DNA of 61,338 bases, the filler included, from Circinaria calcarea (Eukaryota): assembly GCA_051942165.1 (NCBI GenBank). It is 6 parts of 6 records of this genome, joined end to end, with 100 filler letters (N's around TTAATTAATTAA, not from the genome) between each part and the next. Parts side by side here need not be neighbours in the genome. Positions count along the whole stretch, not along the records: positions 1 to 10,156 come from JAVECS010000839.1; positions 10,257 to 20,410 come from JAVECS010000840.1; 4 more parts are not named here. One strand, written 5' to 3'. Below the pieces are notes generated by a model. It was given only the letters and a program-made list of their open reading frames with translations. It did no database searches and was not told where the DNA came from. Below, piece by piece: positions 1-13,666 of the stretch (position 1 is its first letter; each line of letters opens with the position of its first letter). The translations under genes and the position numbers were made by a program.

Positions 1-880
1 AGAGAGGAGAGAGGAGAGAGGAGAGAGGAGAGAGGAGGATAGATACCTGCTGATTTGGGGCTTTAAAATACGTATAAGGTAGGTAGGTATAGGTCTACGA
101 AAAAGCTCGACAGAGGAGGGGGAGGGGACTTTGGTTTTGGTCTTTTATTTCTTTTCCTTGTTTTTTTTCTCATTATCCTCAGAACGCCTTTTTTCTCTCC
201 CTCCCGCTTCCCCTTCCCTTTTCGAGATAGAGAGATCGAGAGAGATCGAGATCTCCAAGGGGAAGGGAGAGGGGGAAGTACTAACATTAGCTATTGAACC
301 ATAGGAATAGTAAATAGGTAGGAACCGTAAGTAAGAACCGTAAGTAGGTAGGTAGGTAGGGTAAGGGGGGTAGTTTTGGTTTTTCAAAAAACCATGGGGT
401 GGTTTTAAATAAGGGTGGAAAAATGGGATAATGACCCCGAAGACCCCTGGCCTCGAGGGTTCTTTTTCTCTATCCTTTTCTCCTTCTCCTTCTCCTCTTC
501 TTCTCGATTTCCTATCCCAATTCCCATTTTCGTTGGGGGAGTTTTTGGGTTTGGGTTTGGTTTTAGTTCTGGTTTTGGTTGAGTTTTTAGCATAAAATCG
601 AAGATCGGTTTGGGATGGATCGTCTCGGAACGTGAGGGAATAGGAACGGGAAGGGGAAGCGGGAGCAGGAGCATGTGAGGAGGCAGGAGAGAGGAGGGAG
701 GAGAAGCGACGATGGGTATGTGGATGTTTTGAATAGAATTGTAGCTATAGTAGATAGATGGGAGGAAGGGAATTAAAGGAAAGGAGGAGAATGCCAAAAC
801 GCCCCCCCCCCCGGTCGCTATGCACCCCTTTCCTTTTTTCCCTTTCCAAACTCAACGCCTTTTCTTTCCCTTTCGTTCAC
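1..880. repeat. Low-complexity contig end (GA-rich, TAGG and CT/TC microsatellite-like tracts)
   Basis: (GAGAGAG)n at 1-38, TAGG runs at ~76-92 and ~344-360, TTCTCC runs at ~477-504; ORFs here are compositional artefacts. Confidence 0.8.
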
Positions 881-929
881 TAGAGACTTTGAAATAGAGT
901 ATATGTACCAAAACCTCGGCACCACGCCA

Positions 930-2325
930 TCAAGATGAATACCCCACCTCAACGCCCACACCCCGGAACATCCTCTCTCGACGCTTGAGGTCCATGTTCA
1001 CGCCGCAGCTGTACAGCAGTTCCTTGGCGCGGCCCTCCCATAGGAGCCCGATGGTCCAGTCGTGCGTAAGGCGCGCTTTGAGGACACCGGATGTGGCGGT
1101 GTCTTCGTCTCCGTCTTTTGTAACAAGTGATGCAGTGAGTTTAGGCATCGGAACGTCAGAATCCCAGGGTGAAACTTGTAGTTTGCGGTATACCCAGTCT
1201 AAACTATTCAAAGGAGGCGGACTTCGTCGCCGCCATAGTTCTATTCCGACTTGGAGGTCGCTCTCGTAGCTGTAGACGTTGAAATCGAAGCGCGAGCAGA
1301 GCGCGAGGGAAGGTCCGGCTTTGACGGCGTAGGTGGAGGAGAGGTTGCCCATTAGCGGGTTTAGGGTCAGTGTCATTGTGTAGGGGAACCCCGTGTGTCG
1401 GGGCAGAGTGGCGAAGCGGATTCCAGTGCTCATGCCACCGGATCCGTTGAGGAGACCGTAGTAAAGTTCTAGACCTGCGGAAAAGCGGCCATTGAGACCT
1501 CCAGCTATGGTTGTAGGAGGATTTTCGGTGGTCGATTTGATAATAAGCGAAGTTTCTTCTTTACCAAGGGGAGGAAGAGCGCGTGGGTCGGATCCAAAGT
1601 TATAGAGACCTCGTACACCGAGGAGAGCGCTGTCGGTGTTGTAGAGACCTTCGACGGAGTATTTACCTACGTCGTGAGAGAGGAGGGCTAGTATGGCGCC
1701 ACCGGAAGGGAGAGAGGAGGAGGAAACGGTAGAGAGTTTGAGAAGAGTGGTTGGGGATAGGCGGCGGAGGTAGAGCGCGGAAAGGTAGGAGGTTGGGAGG
1801 TGGAGGTGGCCGTAGAGAAGGGTGGCTTTGGGATGTACATGTATATTAGCAGGATAGGAGATAAAAGAGAGAGCATGTGGGCTCTTATATACAGACCTTT
1901 CCGATCTACTCGTTTGCCCTCGTGCCATATCTCCCACCACCAGGGCTGATCCGGTGGACGTAGCTCTTGCAATTGGCGGTAGCCATGTATGAGATGTCGA
2001 AGAGGTATGGTACTGCTAGCCGAGGGGATGTTTAAAGGAAGGGAGGAGTAGAGATAGGAGAGGGAACCATCCACTATGCCGACACTGCCAAAGGTGTACG
2101 AGGTTGCGAAATTGGGGGAGGACAGGGAGGAAACATTGAGGCGGATACCGCGCGGAGTGTCAAAATCGAGGAGAGCTGGACAAGTGTCAGATGGTACCAA
2201 ATACGAGAATTGTCATGAGAGAACTCACCTCGGGCTGTAGCTGTCAAAGAACCGTACGAATTGTCGCGATTCCAATTTGAGGAGTAGTAAAAGCAATTTT
2301 GGACATAGTCCATGAAATCGAGCAT
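930..2325 (-). CDS. MDM10: Mitochondrial distribution and morphology protein 10 (ERMES/SAM beta-barrel), 3 exons
   Basis: [25 protein letters not shown]-terminus, [72 protein letters not shown] introns at ~2177-2228 and ~1830-1894 join three ORF frames. Confidence 0.95.
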
Positions 2326-2580
2326 CTTGAGCTGTACCGCAAAATCATCTCTAAGGAATCATTACAAGAATCCTGTACGAATCTCACAATGGTCCATATG
2401 AATCAATGCCTAGTAGAGATGTCCCCAGCTTCGCTGGCGCAAACATGTACTTCTCGAACGCCAAGCCCCCTGCATCCCACTTACATAAGTCAGCCCTACC
2501 ATATCGAACCTCCCAAGAATAATTTCTCCAAGCCACCACCGCCTATTCACCCCAGCAAACTCCACCCTACCACCTCCGAA

Positions 2581-3408
2581 ATGCCCAAATCAAAACGGGC
2601 CAAGATTGTACATACCTCCAAGACCGAGAAAAAGGGTAAAGAACTGACCATCCGCCTCTACGCCAACGTCCAAGAATGCGTTGCCAAGTACCCCTACTGC
2701 TTCGTCTTCTCGGTCGAGAATATGCGGAACACTTACCTCAAGGATGTGCGCGCTCAACTGTCAGATAGCAGGTCTGTCTTTGCCCAACTTACGTTCGGAT
2801 TGAATCGTCATAGAGATTCGCTGACACCACGGCACAGGCTTTTCTTTGGTAAAACCAAAGTCATGGCTGTTGCCCTTGGTCTCACACCTGCTACGGAACC
2901 TGCCCCCAATACCTCTCTCCTAACTCCGTATATGACCGGCTCTGTTGGTCTTCTGTTCACGCCTCGTGATCCTAGCTCTATCCTCTCCTATTTCTCTACC
3001 TTCCGACCCCTAGACTATGCGCGCGCAGGTACCACCGCTACTCGAACCTTCGTTCTTCCCTCGGGGACACTTTATTCAAGGGGCGGAGAGATACCAGTGG
3101 AGGAAGATGTGCCATTGGCACATAGCATCGAGCCTACGCTCAGGAAATTGGGGGTGCCGAGTCGGCTTATGAAAGGGAAGATAGAATTAGATGCTGATTA
3201 CAAGGTCTGTACAGAAGGAGAGGTGCTAGGTTCCGGCCAGACGACGTTATTGAAGATGTTCGGGGTAGCAACGGCGGAATTTGGGATGAAGATAAAGGCT
3301 TATTTCGTCGCAGGGACAGGGGAAGTGGTTAGTTTGGAGGATGGAGGGGGAGAGAGAGGCGGCGGGATGCAGGTGGATGTAAAGGAGGGAGAGGATGAAG
3401 AGACATAA
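2581..3408 (+). CDS. MRT4: Ribosome assembly factor Mrt4 (P0 paralogue)
   Basis: MPKSKRAKIVHTSKTEKKGKE, FVFSVENMRNTYLKDVR, FFGKTKVM, VCTEGEVLGSGQTTLLKMFG; 66-nt in-frame intron 2772-2837 (GTCTGT...GCTGAC...CAG). Confidence 0.95.
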   Translation: MPKSKRAKIVHTSKTEKKGKELTIRLYANVQECVAKYPYCFVFSVENMRNTYLKDVRAQLSDSRSVFAQLTFGLNRHRDSLTPRHRLFFGKTKVMAVALGLTPATEPAPNTSLLTPYMTGSVGLLFTPRDPSSILSYFSTFRPLDYARAGTTATRTFVLPSGTLYSRGGEIPVEEDVPLAHSIEPTLRKLGVPSRLMKGKIELDADYKVCTEGEVLGSGQTTLLKMFGVATAEFGMKIKAYFVAGTGEVVSLEDGGGERGGGMQVDVKEGEDEET

Positions 3409-4041
3409 CTACATATACAGCTCATGATATGGCGATCGGTCCTTGTGTCAAGTCTCTCGGTATGGACGAATGTAGTTAGAAATTAAGATACCCTGTCGGC
3501 AAAGGAAAATATCGTTGAGCTACCATTAATATTGCTACCTCAAGCCCTGTCCATCCATAAAATACAATGAAAGTGAGTGATCAGTTTCCGTTGGGTGAGG
3601 TACCTGTCCCAATAGGACATTCTTACCAAACCTTACCTACTACCTTAGAAAACATGCGTAGCGTACAAACATACTTACCAAAGACATTGAAAAAAGGCCG
3701 AAGCAAAAGCCCAATTTCGTGGCATGGAAATTCACCTGGGTATATCTTCCGCTGTCTTGTCCTGCGAACCGAACTCGATCTGCCGATTCTTATTGAGAGC
3801 CGAGGTGGAAAGCAGTGTCCATTACCTTGAAGAGCGCTCCTTGTCTCGAAAGTCGGAGAGGACCCATGGAGGACTGCGTAGGTTGAAGAGAGGCCTTTGA
3901 TCCGGTGTAACCATCTTACCCGAATTCGCGCTTGATAGAATGGCATGCGATGCGGGCTCCAAAGCTTACCCTAAAGCGAAGGAGATGAAAGTTGCAAAAG
4001 CGAAGAAACCCACCCAACAAACCAATGCTGTAGCCGAAAGT

Positions 4042-5616
4042 CTAGTACCTTCGTTTGCTGCGAGGGTCATCATATCCGTCGCTTTCGTGGTATCGCTTTC
4101 TGCTGCCATAATCATCGTCCCTGCCACGGCTGCTGTAACCTCGGTCGCGGTCGCCTCCTCCACGGTCTCTGTCGCCATACCCACCATCTCTTGGTCTTAC
4201 CGGTTCTCGGTTACTACCAGTGATACTTCCTGAGCGACCGTCACCTCTATCACCATAACCACGGCTGCTGCTTCCGCCACGGTATGATGATCTGTCGTCA
4301 TATGAGCCATTGCGCCTTGGATCACTATACCCACCACCGCTCATCCCCTCTGGAGCCAATGCTAGGGCAGAGCCATTCATGCCGCCGTTGACTAGGGATC
4401 CACCGTATCCACTGGGGCCGCCAAAGCCTCCACGGTTGCCACCTGGACCTGAAGGAGCATTAGGAGGTGGTGCTGGGCCATTAGCAAAGCCATTCGGTGC
4501 TCCGCCGTATCCGCCTCTTCCACCAAAACCACCTCCGCCTTGATAGCCAATTCCGCCAATTCCGCCTCTTCCACCTCCGAATCCCCCGCGATCGCCGCCA
4601 CGGAAGCCTCCTCGGAACCCACCGCCGCGATCGCCAAAGCCACCACGGAATCCACCTCGAAAACCGCCGGGAGCGACGGGAGCAGCGAAACTACCTGGAC
4701 CAGCTGGTCGTGCAGGCATTGTTTTGGTGTAACCTCGTCCTCCTAGTCCACCGCCGAAGCGGCGAGGTCTCCAACCTTTGACGGTTCTACCACGCTCAAC
4801 ATCGACGAGGACTCGGCGGTCCTTGATACGAATACCATCGGTTTCTTTGTAAGCAGCTAAAAAGATAGAGAAAGCACAGCCCTCATGTCAGTCAAGCAAT
4901 TTTTACCTTGGTGATGATAATGGATATGCAGTGGAATTTCTGCAGGTTTCAAGATTAGGGAAGCTATACCCTTCATGTCCTTCTCCCGCTCGAACACCAC
5001 GAAAGCGTACCCCTTGTGAGCCTTCTTCTTCTTCTTCTTCTTTTTGGACTTTTCTCCATTTTCTTCATCCTCGTGGGTATCTGTAACGATTCGAATCTAT
5101 CAATTCAAGTCAGCAAGGGATGACATGTATTCACGGTAAGAGTTACCCACCCTCTCAATAGGTCCAAACCTTCCAAACTCTCTCTCTAGATCCGTCTCCT
5201 TGGTGTCGTAGCTTAACCTAGCGACAAAAAGTGTCTTGAATGCATCACCTCTAACCTGCGGGTCATCTGTTGGGGTATCTGGTAATTTCGATAGTCAGTC
5301 AACCCATTTGATAAACATGAACATTGACAGCTATAAAAGGGCATTGACTTCGCATACGTTGCGAAAAACCTTCAGTAAGCAGTTTCTCCTGCCTTTCCTT
5401 TTTCTCGGCCTTGAGTCGATCTTTTCTTTGCAGCCAGCTCTCTGTTGGCGTGTAAGGGATAGCTTCATAATCTTTGATGGTAGAAAGGTATTGTGCAACC
5501 CCGCTGATGTTGTTGGTTTTGCGCTCTTCTGGGGCGTGGTCGCTAGGAGGGAGGTAACGGAGCGCTGGACGGGGTGCGAAGAGGGCGAGCAAGCTTGGCG
5601 GCAACTTGTCGGTCAT
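4042..5616 (-). CDS. SNP1: U1 snRNP 70 kDa protein, 4 exons
   Basis: [18 protein letters not shown]-terminus; RRM with [58 protein letters not shown]-rich tail. Confidence 0.95.
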
Positions 5617-5883
5617 TGTAAATGGATCAACAGGCCAGATGGATTGGTGAGCTCAACTTAGTGACCTCGACCGTCGTAACTATAAGGAATTGGGAAATGA
5701 GGAGTTCTGATCTGTCGTCGCGTTATGGAGTACTTTGCACGAGAATCGGAAATTCGCTTCACTTTACTCCGTAGCGCCGATGACTAAACAAGAATCTAAC
5801 CAATAGACGGCTGTCCAACCGACCATCAATTTACGAAGTTATTCATACTATAAAGTCAAGTAGCATGCAGCTGAGACGATAAC

Positions 5884-6447
5884 ATGCCCGTACAGGCTAT
5901 AAGGACTACCTCGACTGCCCGTGTGGGTTCAGTCTTGCCTTGTATCCTTCTCCCAACTAATGAGTCTCCTCTAGAATGGCGTCGGTGCATTCATTCTCCA
6001 ATGTAAACGCCTGGATTTTCATTACTGTGACTGGGCCGGCAGCTCCAGAGGCATGAAGTAAGCGCTCTCTTGGATCGAACTCTTTAGTTCTAATGAGGGC
6101 CTTTTCAACTGATCATTCGCCTCACAAGCACCTTCCTCCAATATACTCTACCGTCCTTCGCCGCCTCTAATCCCTCCATTTCCATTCACGTCTCCCCGCG
6201 TCCTCATGCCCACCCATTGATTCGTGGGCACTACATCAATGGTCGCACCAAAGCCATTTGTGTACGGAATCTGGAGAAAGAGCAAATACTGAAGAAGGCA
6301 GAGTTGTTAAGGGATGCGAGTGGGGAAAAGCTACGGAGGGTTAAGGGTGGGAAGGTTGTGGAGTCGATCAATGAAGGAGTTCGAGGTATATGGAGTGGGG
6401 TTCACGGAGCTAGGAGTCCGCTGGAAGGTATGGGAAAGAACGGGTAG
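5884..6447 (+). CDS. MRPL51: Mitochondrial large ribosomal subunit protein L51 (mL43), 3 exons
   Basis: Spliced MPVQAIRTTSTAR-NGVGAFILQCKRLDFHYCDWAGSSRGM...HPLIRGHYINGRTKAICVRNL...VESINEGVRGIWSG. Confidence 0.9.
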
Positions 6448-6702
6448 GGACAAGAGCAGGTGAATTATGCCGAATGCTTGGTACCGCGAGTCCATGTGCA
6501 TTTGGAAGGCGTTGGCTATGTCTCAGTATATTGCAGATGGGGCTGGGGAGAGCATCAACCTGACAATATCTATCAGCCGAGCATTGTGGCCGTATGTATA
6601 TGGGGCTTCCTATAAAGTCTTTCCCAGCCCCATGGCAAATTCTGCTGTCGAAGCAAGACACCCAAGTTACAATTTTGACATTGCGTTGCCATCTTGTGTG
6701 GT

Positions 6703-7878
<1,176 letters not shown>

Positions 7879-8271
7879 GATGGCGATTGGACAGAAGAAT
7901 TATGAGAGGATGAGAGCTCTGAGTGCTGTAGGATCCTTGACGTGTGTGAAAAGTTCGGTTTGATACCTGGGGTTGTTTGTGCAGAGTGCAGCGTGCGGTA
8001 GATATTTAGATGGTGGGGAAGCCTTTGGCGGGGTTCACTTGATGAGCCACCAAGACAGCGCCGTTAGATAGGATTCGAACCTAATCTCAGTGATAAACCC
8101 ATTGATATTAGTGCATATCCAAATGTCAATGCTTGATCCCTCCCTAGTCTGCGAGCGTAATACATATGTAGTGAAGGTGCATAGAACTACAGAATTTCGT
8201 TGTAGAACGAACCTCCTGAGTAGAGTACACACGTTCTAGAGATTGGGTGTTTGTACCGTCGCGTTCAAGCT

Positions 8272-10069
8272 ATGTTGTTAGGTACTCCCTCTACCCAGAT
8301 TTACACGCTCTCTGTTATCGCCGTTGCGTGTGCCTATGTTATTCTCGCTCTCAAGTCATGGTATCGCCTCCGCAAATTCAATGGCCCTAAGCTGGCCCAA
8401 TTCTCCCACCTTTGGATGGCTCGTGCTGGCTTCTCGGGCCGTATGAACCTGATGTACCTGGAAGTGGGCAAGAAATTCGGTAAGCTCTACCATAGGTGGC
8501 TTTCAAGGGACACAGCAAGAATGACTGATCTACAAAGGGAAACTTGTTCGGGTGGCTCCAAATGAGTTGATGACCAGCGATCCCGAACTCGTCAGACATA
8601 TGTCTGCTGCACGTTCATTGTATACACGATCGCCATGGTACGGGGTAATGAAAATGGATCCCGATCAAGACAACGTCATGTCGATATTGGACACAGCCCA
8701 ACACAATCGATTCAAATCAAAGTTGACAATAGGGGTATGGGTTGGCTTGAATAACCTCGGATAAGAAATTCTTCGGCTGACGCTGTTTGGTTGATGCAGT
8801 ACTCGGGAAAAGAAAATCCCAACCTCGAAGCGAGTATTGACCACCAAGTCCTTCTGCTTACAAAGGCAGTTGAACGGCATTTGTCCGAAGGATCAATCCT
8901 ACACCCTTTCGATATTGCTCAATATATACAGTACTTCACTCTCGATGTCATCGCAGCGATCGGATACGGGAAGACCCCAGGACACTTGACCCAGGAAGCC
9001 GACGTCTATGGGCTAGGTAAGGAGGCAGAGGCGGTATTGCCGTTTCTGCTTACTTGTACTGCCTTCCCTCTTGTCATTGCTTTCCTCAGACTTCCGTGGG
9101 TTTCAAGGCATCTAGGACCAGCGCCAAATTCTCCCAATGGTATGGGAAAGCTTTTTGCGTCAGTATTATGGAACCCCTTCCTCGCGTCTTGAGTTCGGTG
9201 CGTGCTTAGGATTCAATTAGTATCTCCCGGCACGTTGTTGGGGAAAGATTCGCGCCCGATACCAAGCCTAGTCAAGACATGCTCGGTGCATTCATCCGGC
9301 GTGGCTTATCTCAGAAAGAAGCCGAAGTCGAGGTCATCTTACAGATGTAAGTCGTCTATTCGGTTCGTAAAGAAAGAGAAAATTAACATGGTCAGTCTTG
9401 CTGGCTCCGACAATGTAGCTACCCCCATCCGCTCCACCATACTGCACCTCATCACAGCTCCACGGATCCTTGGTAAACTGCTCGCGGAGATCGACACCGC
9501 TATTGCTTCAGGTCGCGTCTCAGATCCCATTACCAATGCCGAGGCCAAAGCCCTCCCTTATCTCCAGGCTTGCATAAAGGAAGGCCTCCGGATTCATCCT
9601 CCGATTACCGCTGGCCTACCCAAGGTGGTTCCTCCTGGCGGTGATACCTTCAACCATGTCTTTCTTCCCGGCGGAACCAACATCAGCTGTGACATGTGGG
9701 GTCTACAACGTAACGAGGTCTACGGCGCCGATGCGGATATCTATCGACCAGAGAGATGGACGGAGGCGGATCCCGAACAGCATGCCCGCATGGACCGGGT
9801 CCTCGACCTCGTCTTTGGATATGGGCGCTGGGGATGTCTCGGCAGAAACATTGCGGATATAGAGCTGAACAAGGTCTTTGTCGAGGTAAAATAGCCAATT
9901 GCGCCCCATCCCACCTCCGATTTCTCATCTACTTTTCACAATTGCTGACCGAATGTAGCTTCTTCGCCGCTTCGACATGACTCTCCTCGATCCTACGTGC
10001 CCGTGGAAGTCCAAGAACTACAGTACCTTCTTGCAAAAGGACATGTTTGTCCGGGTTACGAGACGGTGA
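8272..10069 (+). CDS. Cytochrome P450 monooxygenase (pisatin-demethylase-like group), 6 exons, apparently intact
   Basis: N-terminal anchor, VRVAPNEL, FTLDVI, ExxR (KEGLR), PERW, heme motif FGYGRWGCLG; five GT-AG introns restore one frame. Confidence 0.92.
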
Positions 10070-10156
10070 ATGCCGTACTTGTACCGCATGAATTTTCTTT
10101 CTCCTTCAACTAAACACTTGGTCATACTACCTCCTTGAGCAGCCGTGGTAGCAGTA

Positions 10157-10256
10157 NNNNNNNNNNNNNNNNNNNNNNNNNNNNNNNNNNNNNNNNNNNN
10201 TTAATTAATTAANNNNNNNNNNNNNNNNNNNNNNNNNNNNNNNNNNNNNNNNNNNN
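10157..10256. other. Artificial contig spacer N44-TTAATTAATTAA-N44
   Basis: Identical 100-bp unit with stop codons in all six frames. Confidence 0.98.
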
Positions 10257-13200
10257 TGTTTCCGGGCTACTTCCAATGTTCTGTGTGAAGCCTCCAGTCC
10301 ATCTCCTGCTAGAAAGCGCGTTGGTCGTGCTGTTGTGCGCCCTAGGAGATAGCGGTTCGTAGGCTGGCGGCGACGGCGTCCGATATTGAAGTGGATATGG
10401 TCCTACATCCTTTCTGAAGGAATTGGATGTCATGATGCCGTACACTGTCTTGGATGGTTAGAATCGAGGCTTGGGAGCGCTGCGCGACGCGGGGTTGGAA
10501 GCTCTCGCAGGTGCTCGATTGAGGCGGCCAAGCCACTTGCAATACTCGAAGTCGCTGGCGCTTGCGATCTGACAGTTGTGAAAGGTATTAGTTCATCGGT
10601 ATGTGCAATAGCAACGTCGTGGTGGTGAGCGTGGGAGACGCCCTGATTTTGTCAATGTAGAGGGGGGTCATTCTCGCCGCTCGAAGAAGGAGCTAACTAA
10701 CCCTTTTAGCGCGGATAATTGCCGAGCTTCACTCTATAACTTGTATCTCGGTCTGTCAAACATTCCAAACGTTGCAGTTGGACACAAGATACCTTGTCCA
10801 CCCTTGGGCATCTGAGGTGTCAAGGATATGATAGGTAAAGGAGACGGATCTGGCTTTCACAAGGTACTGGGTGACTACGTGCAAATCTTGGAGCTCAAGC
10901 TGCTCACTGGAACATTTATATTGATGGAATAATCACTGCCATTCAATATATAAGCTTTATAAGCCCTATTGCGAGAAATACCGAGAATCTGAGAGGATGC
11001 TCTATCCTCTAATTCCCCAAGGTTTTCCAGACTCTCCGGCAAGCTAGTAGGCATCCATATTCCTCAACTTCTCCATGCCAATCTCTTCAACTTTTCCCAT
11101 CTGAATTCAACTGACTAATCCTGCACTTTCGAGCATAAAGTAGCCGAACCTTAGGTTTACGCCTTGCTATATTTCCAGTATTTCCAGCACGCAGACGTAC
11201 TCCATGAGTATCTTGGCAGCCTTAACCTTTTTTCGTGGCGTTTGCTGCGCATCTCGTCTTCGTGAGATAACAGACAGGTCGTCTGCGAAGCTATCCTTAA
11301 ACCTGGATTCGGGGAATCCTTGGTGGCTTCCTTTCGAGGCGAGTGAGCAGAAGTCTTTGCCGATGAGAGACAGTTAGAGTATATCGGGTGCTGCGTACTC
11401 GTTATCTATAGGTCAAACTCGTTAAAAGAACTTTAAACACATTCAAGGTGTTATAGATCTGACGGGAACTGATTCTTGCACGAGAGATCCTCCGCAGTCA
11501 TAAGGTTATTTCCGGGACGACTTCTCCTCATCGCGTTATAGAGGCATACTCAGATGACACTATTAGTTGGGATAATGTGGAAGTTATCGTACGTCACACT
11601 GCTAGATTATGACTTCCTTTAAGATATCCCAGAGCAGAGACCAATTGCAGAGATCACTAGGGGCTGGTCCACTTAAGGTGTGAACTCGGGATTGTGCCTA
11701 CAGCAAGGTCCGAGAGGTTATACCATCTCACTCTTTGCTACCTTACGGACAGCGGAGAGTAGGTGCATGGCGAAGATTGACTCTTCAATCTCACTCTCCA
11801 GCTAGTAATCGTATCTGAAAGACTTTAAGGCGAATGAACTCCTGCTGATCCACTGAGCAATGGTGTGTTGATAAGTAGAAGGATAATAACACTGTCGTCC
11901 GAAGATGCTCAAGCATCAGGCATCGGCATCGGGATCTTTCCATATAGAAGATTAGGGCCCGCTGATGCCTGCCAAAACAATCTGCTCAGTTATTCTTAAT
12001 ACTCTCTTCCGATTCCCATAACGACCTTAAATCGTCGCTAAACGCATTCCCGACTACAAAACCCCCGTCTGACAATTCCTTCAAATATTACTCGATAATG
12101 ATGCCCTTCTGTTCCACGCTTTGGGCTCGCGCACCCGCGATTCGGAGCGGTACAAGAAATAGGATGCCTGCAAGGTTCGTACTTTCAAGCGCGCTTTTAG
12201 TCATCTCTACAATAGCCTTGACATGAGACTTGATGACGGACTTGGCCAGGATAGGGGCATCGAGCATGTCCCAGTGGATGTGATAATCGTAGGTACCGGA
12301 AAGGTAGATTAGGATTGCATTGTAGTATATGAAGGCGAGGGAGAGTCGGAAGTCAGGTTTGGCCTTGGGATATGGTGATGGAGGTGGGGAACCTAAGGCC
12401 CACACGGTGGTTTTAGAGTACTGTTGGTACAGGGCGGTTTGGAGAGAGCCCTTCTTGTGCTAATTCGTAGATTCTTTCTGGAGAAAGTGGGCAATCTGAG
12501 TTTTGTGTATCCGACACGAGTCTTAGGACGCTAGAGGATAAGATCAGCAGCCGACGAGCGGTCACTAAATAGTATACTAACCTCTTGGCGTACTGATACT
12601 TACTGATGAACAGAATATCATCAGATTATACAGAGTTTTTGTGGATGCCAGTCCTTTTGCAAATCTCCGACCCACATTTGCTCCATTAACTACTCCCAAC
12701 CTTTCTCGCTTAAAACGGTTTCTCCGCTGTATAGGAGGGCCCGACAAATCTCTAAAACACGTACGGTGAGGAAGGATAATCTACCAAATCGGGAGATATG
12801 TGCTCTTGAACCACGAAGCCGAAGAAGGGAAGTTGTGCCGTAGAGAAAATATTTTACCCAGCCCTCCTCCCTGTCATCGTACCTCAGCTGCAGGAGTGAC
12901 TGTCAGTAGGGTATACGCTATGTGGCAATCAACCATAAATCTAGGTAAGGTTGACTTCAGACCTTAAAAAGCCTTAGAATAAAGGTGGTCTGCAAGAAAG
13001 TACCTTTAGACGCAGTGAACCGAAGTAGAATAGGCACTGAATGCTACTGATTTCGGCGATTCCAATTTACCAAGTCCACGTGTACGCCTTCGCCCATATG
13101 CATGCAGCCCGGCAATAGCAGGTGATGCATTGTACAACGTGGTAGAACTCTGTAAAACTAATGTCAAATCCTGGAAGTCATCACAGCGTATACCTGTAAA

Positions 13201-13666
13201 GCTGTTTGTTGTTTTGAAAATGTTGGAAGTCATAGGGCTTACCGAAGCATGTGTTGCATAGGAGGTCCATGCTCAACACTTCCTGCACACCATAAAAGCA
13301 CTTTTCTCTGCGTAGATAGCTTAGATAGTTACATACTCAGATAGCATGAATGCTACCACACATTACTGCATGCTCAACAGAAAATAGAAAAGTAGGAAAT
13401 ATACTACATCGGCCTATTCAAGGATATTGATGGTGGAAGTGAAGCAACCTGGATGGGCTGAGTGGTCAACAATCCCTTTTCGTCCTCCCGAGGCGGAGTC
13501 GAGGTGACGAAGACCGCTGCGCTCTTAATCTCGTACATTTGAAGGACATATGTCGTGTTCATGCGAGCACAGTAAGGTACGGTAGCTTTCCTTCATACTG
13601 CAGCAAAGTGACGCATCATCCTATTAGCTAGAGTACTCCATGAAAAGACAAAAAGAGACTCTTGCA

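Noticed and set aside
63..797. Lys/Pro-rich ORFs at the window start
   Set aside because: Translations of microsatellite and purine/pyrimidine-skewed tracts
2299..2580. N-terminal extension of the MRT4 ORF overlapping MDM10
   Set aside because: Homology starts at MPKSKR (2581); the upstream open frame begins at a non-ATG codon in promoter sequence
10201..10212. Recurrent palindrome TTAATTAATTAA
   Set aside because: Artificial linker embedded in N runs
10257..11900. Possible gene fragments at the start of contig 2
   Set aside because: Only short ORFs with no recognisable motif; a 5' partial gene from ~10433 on the minus strand is possible but unsupported
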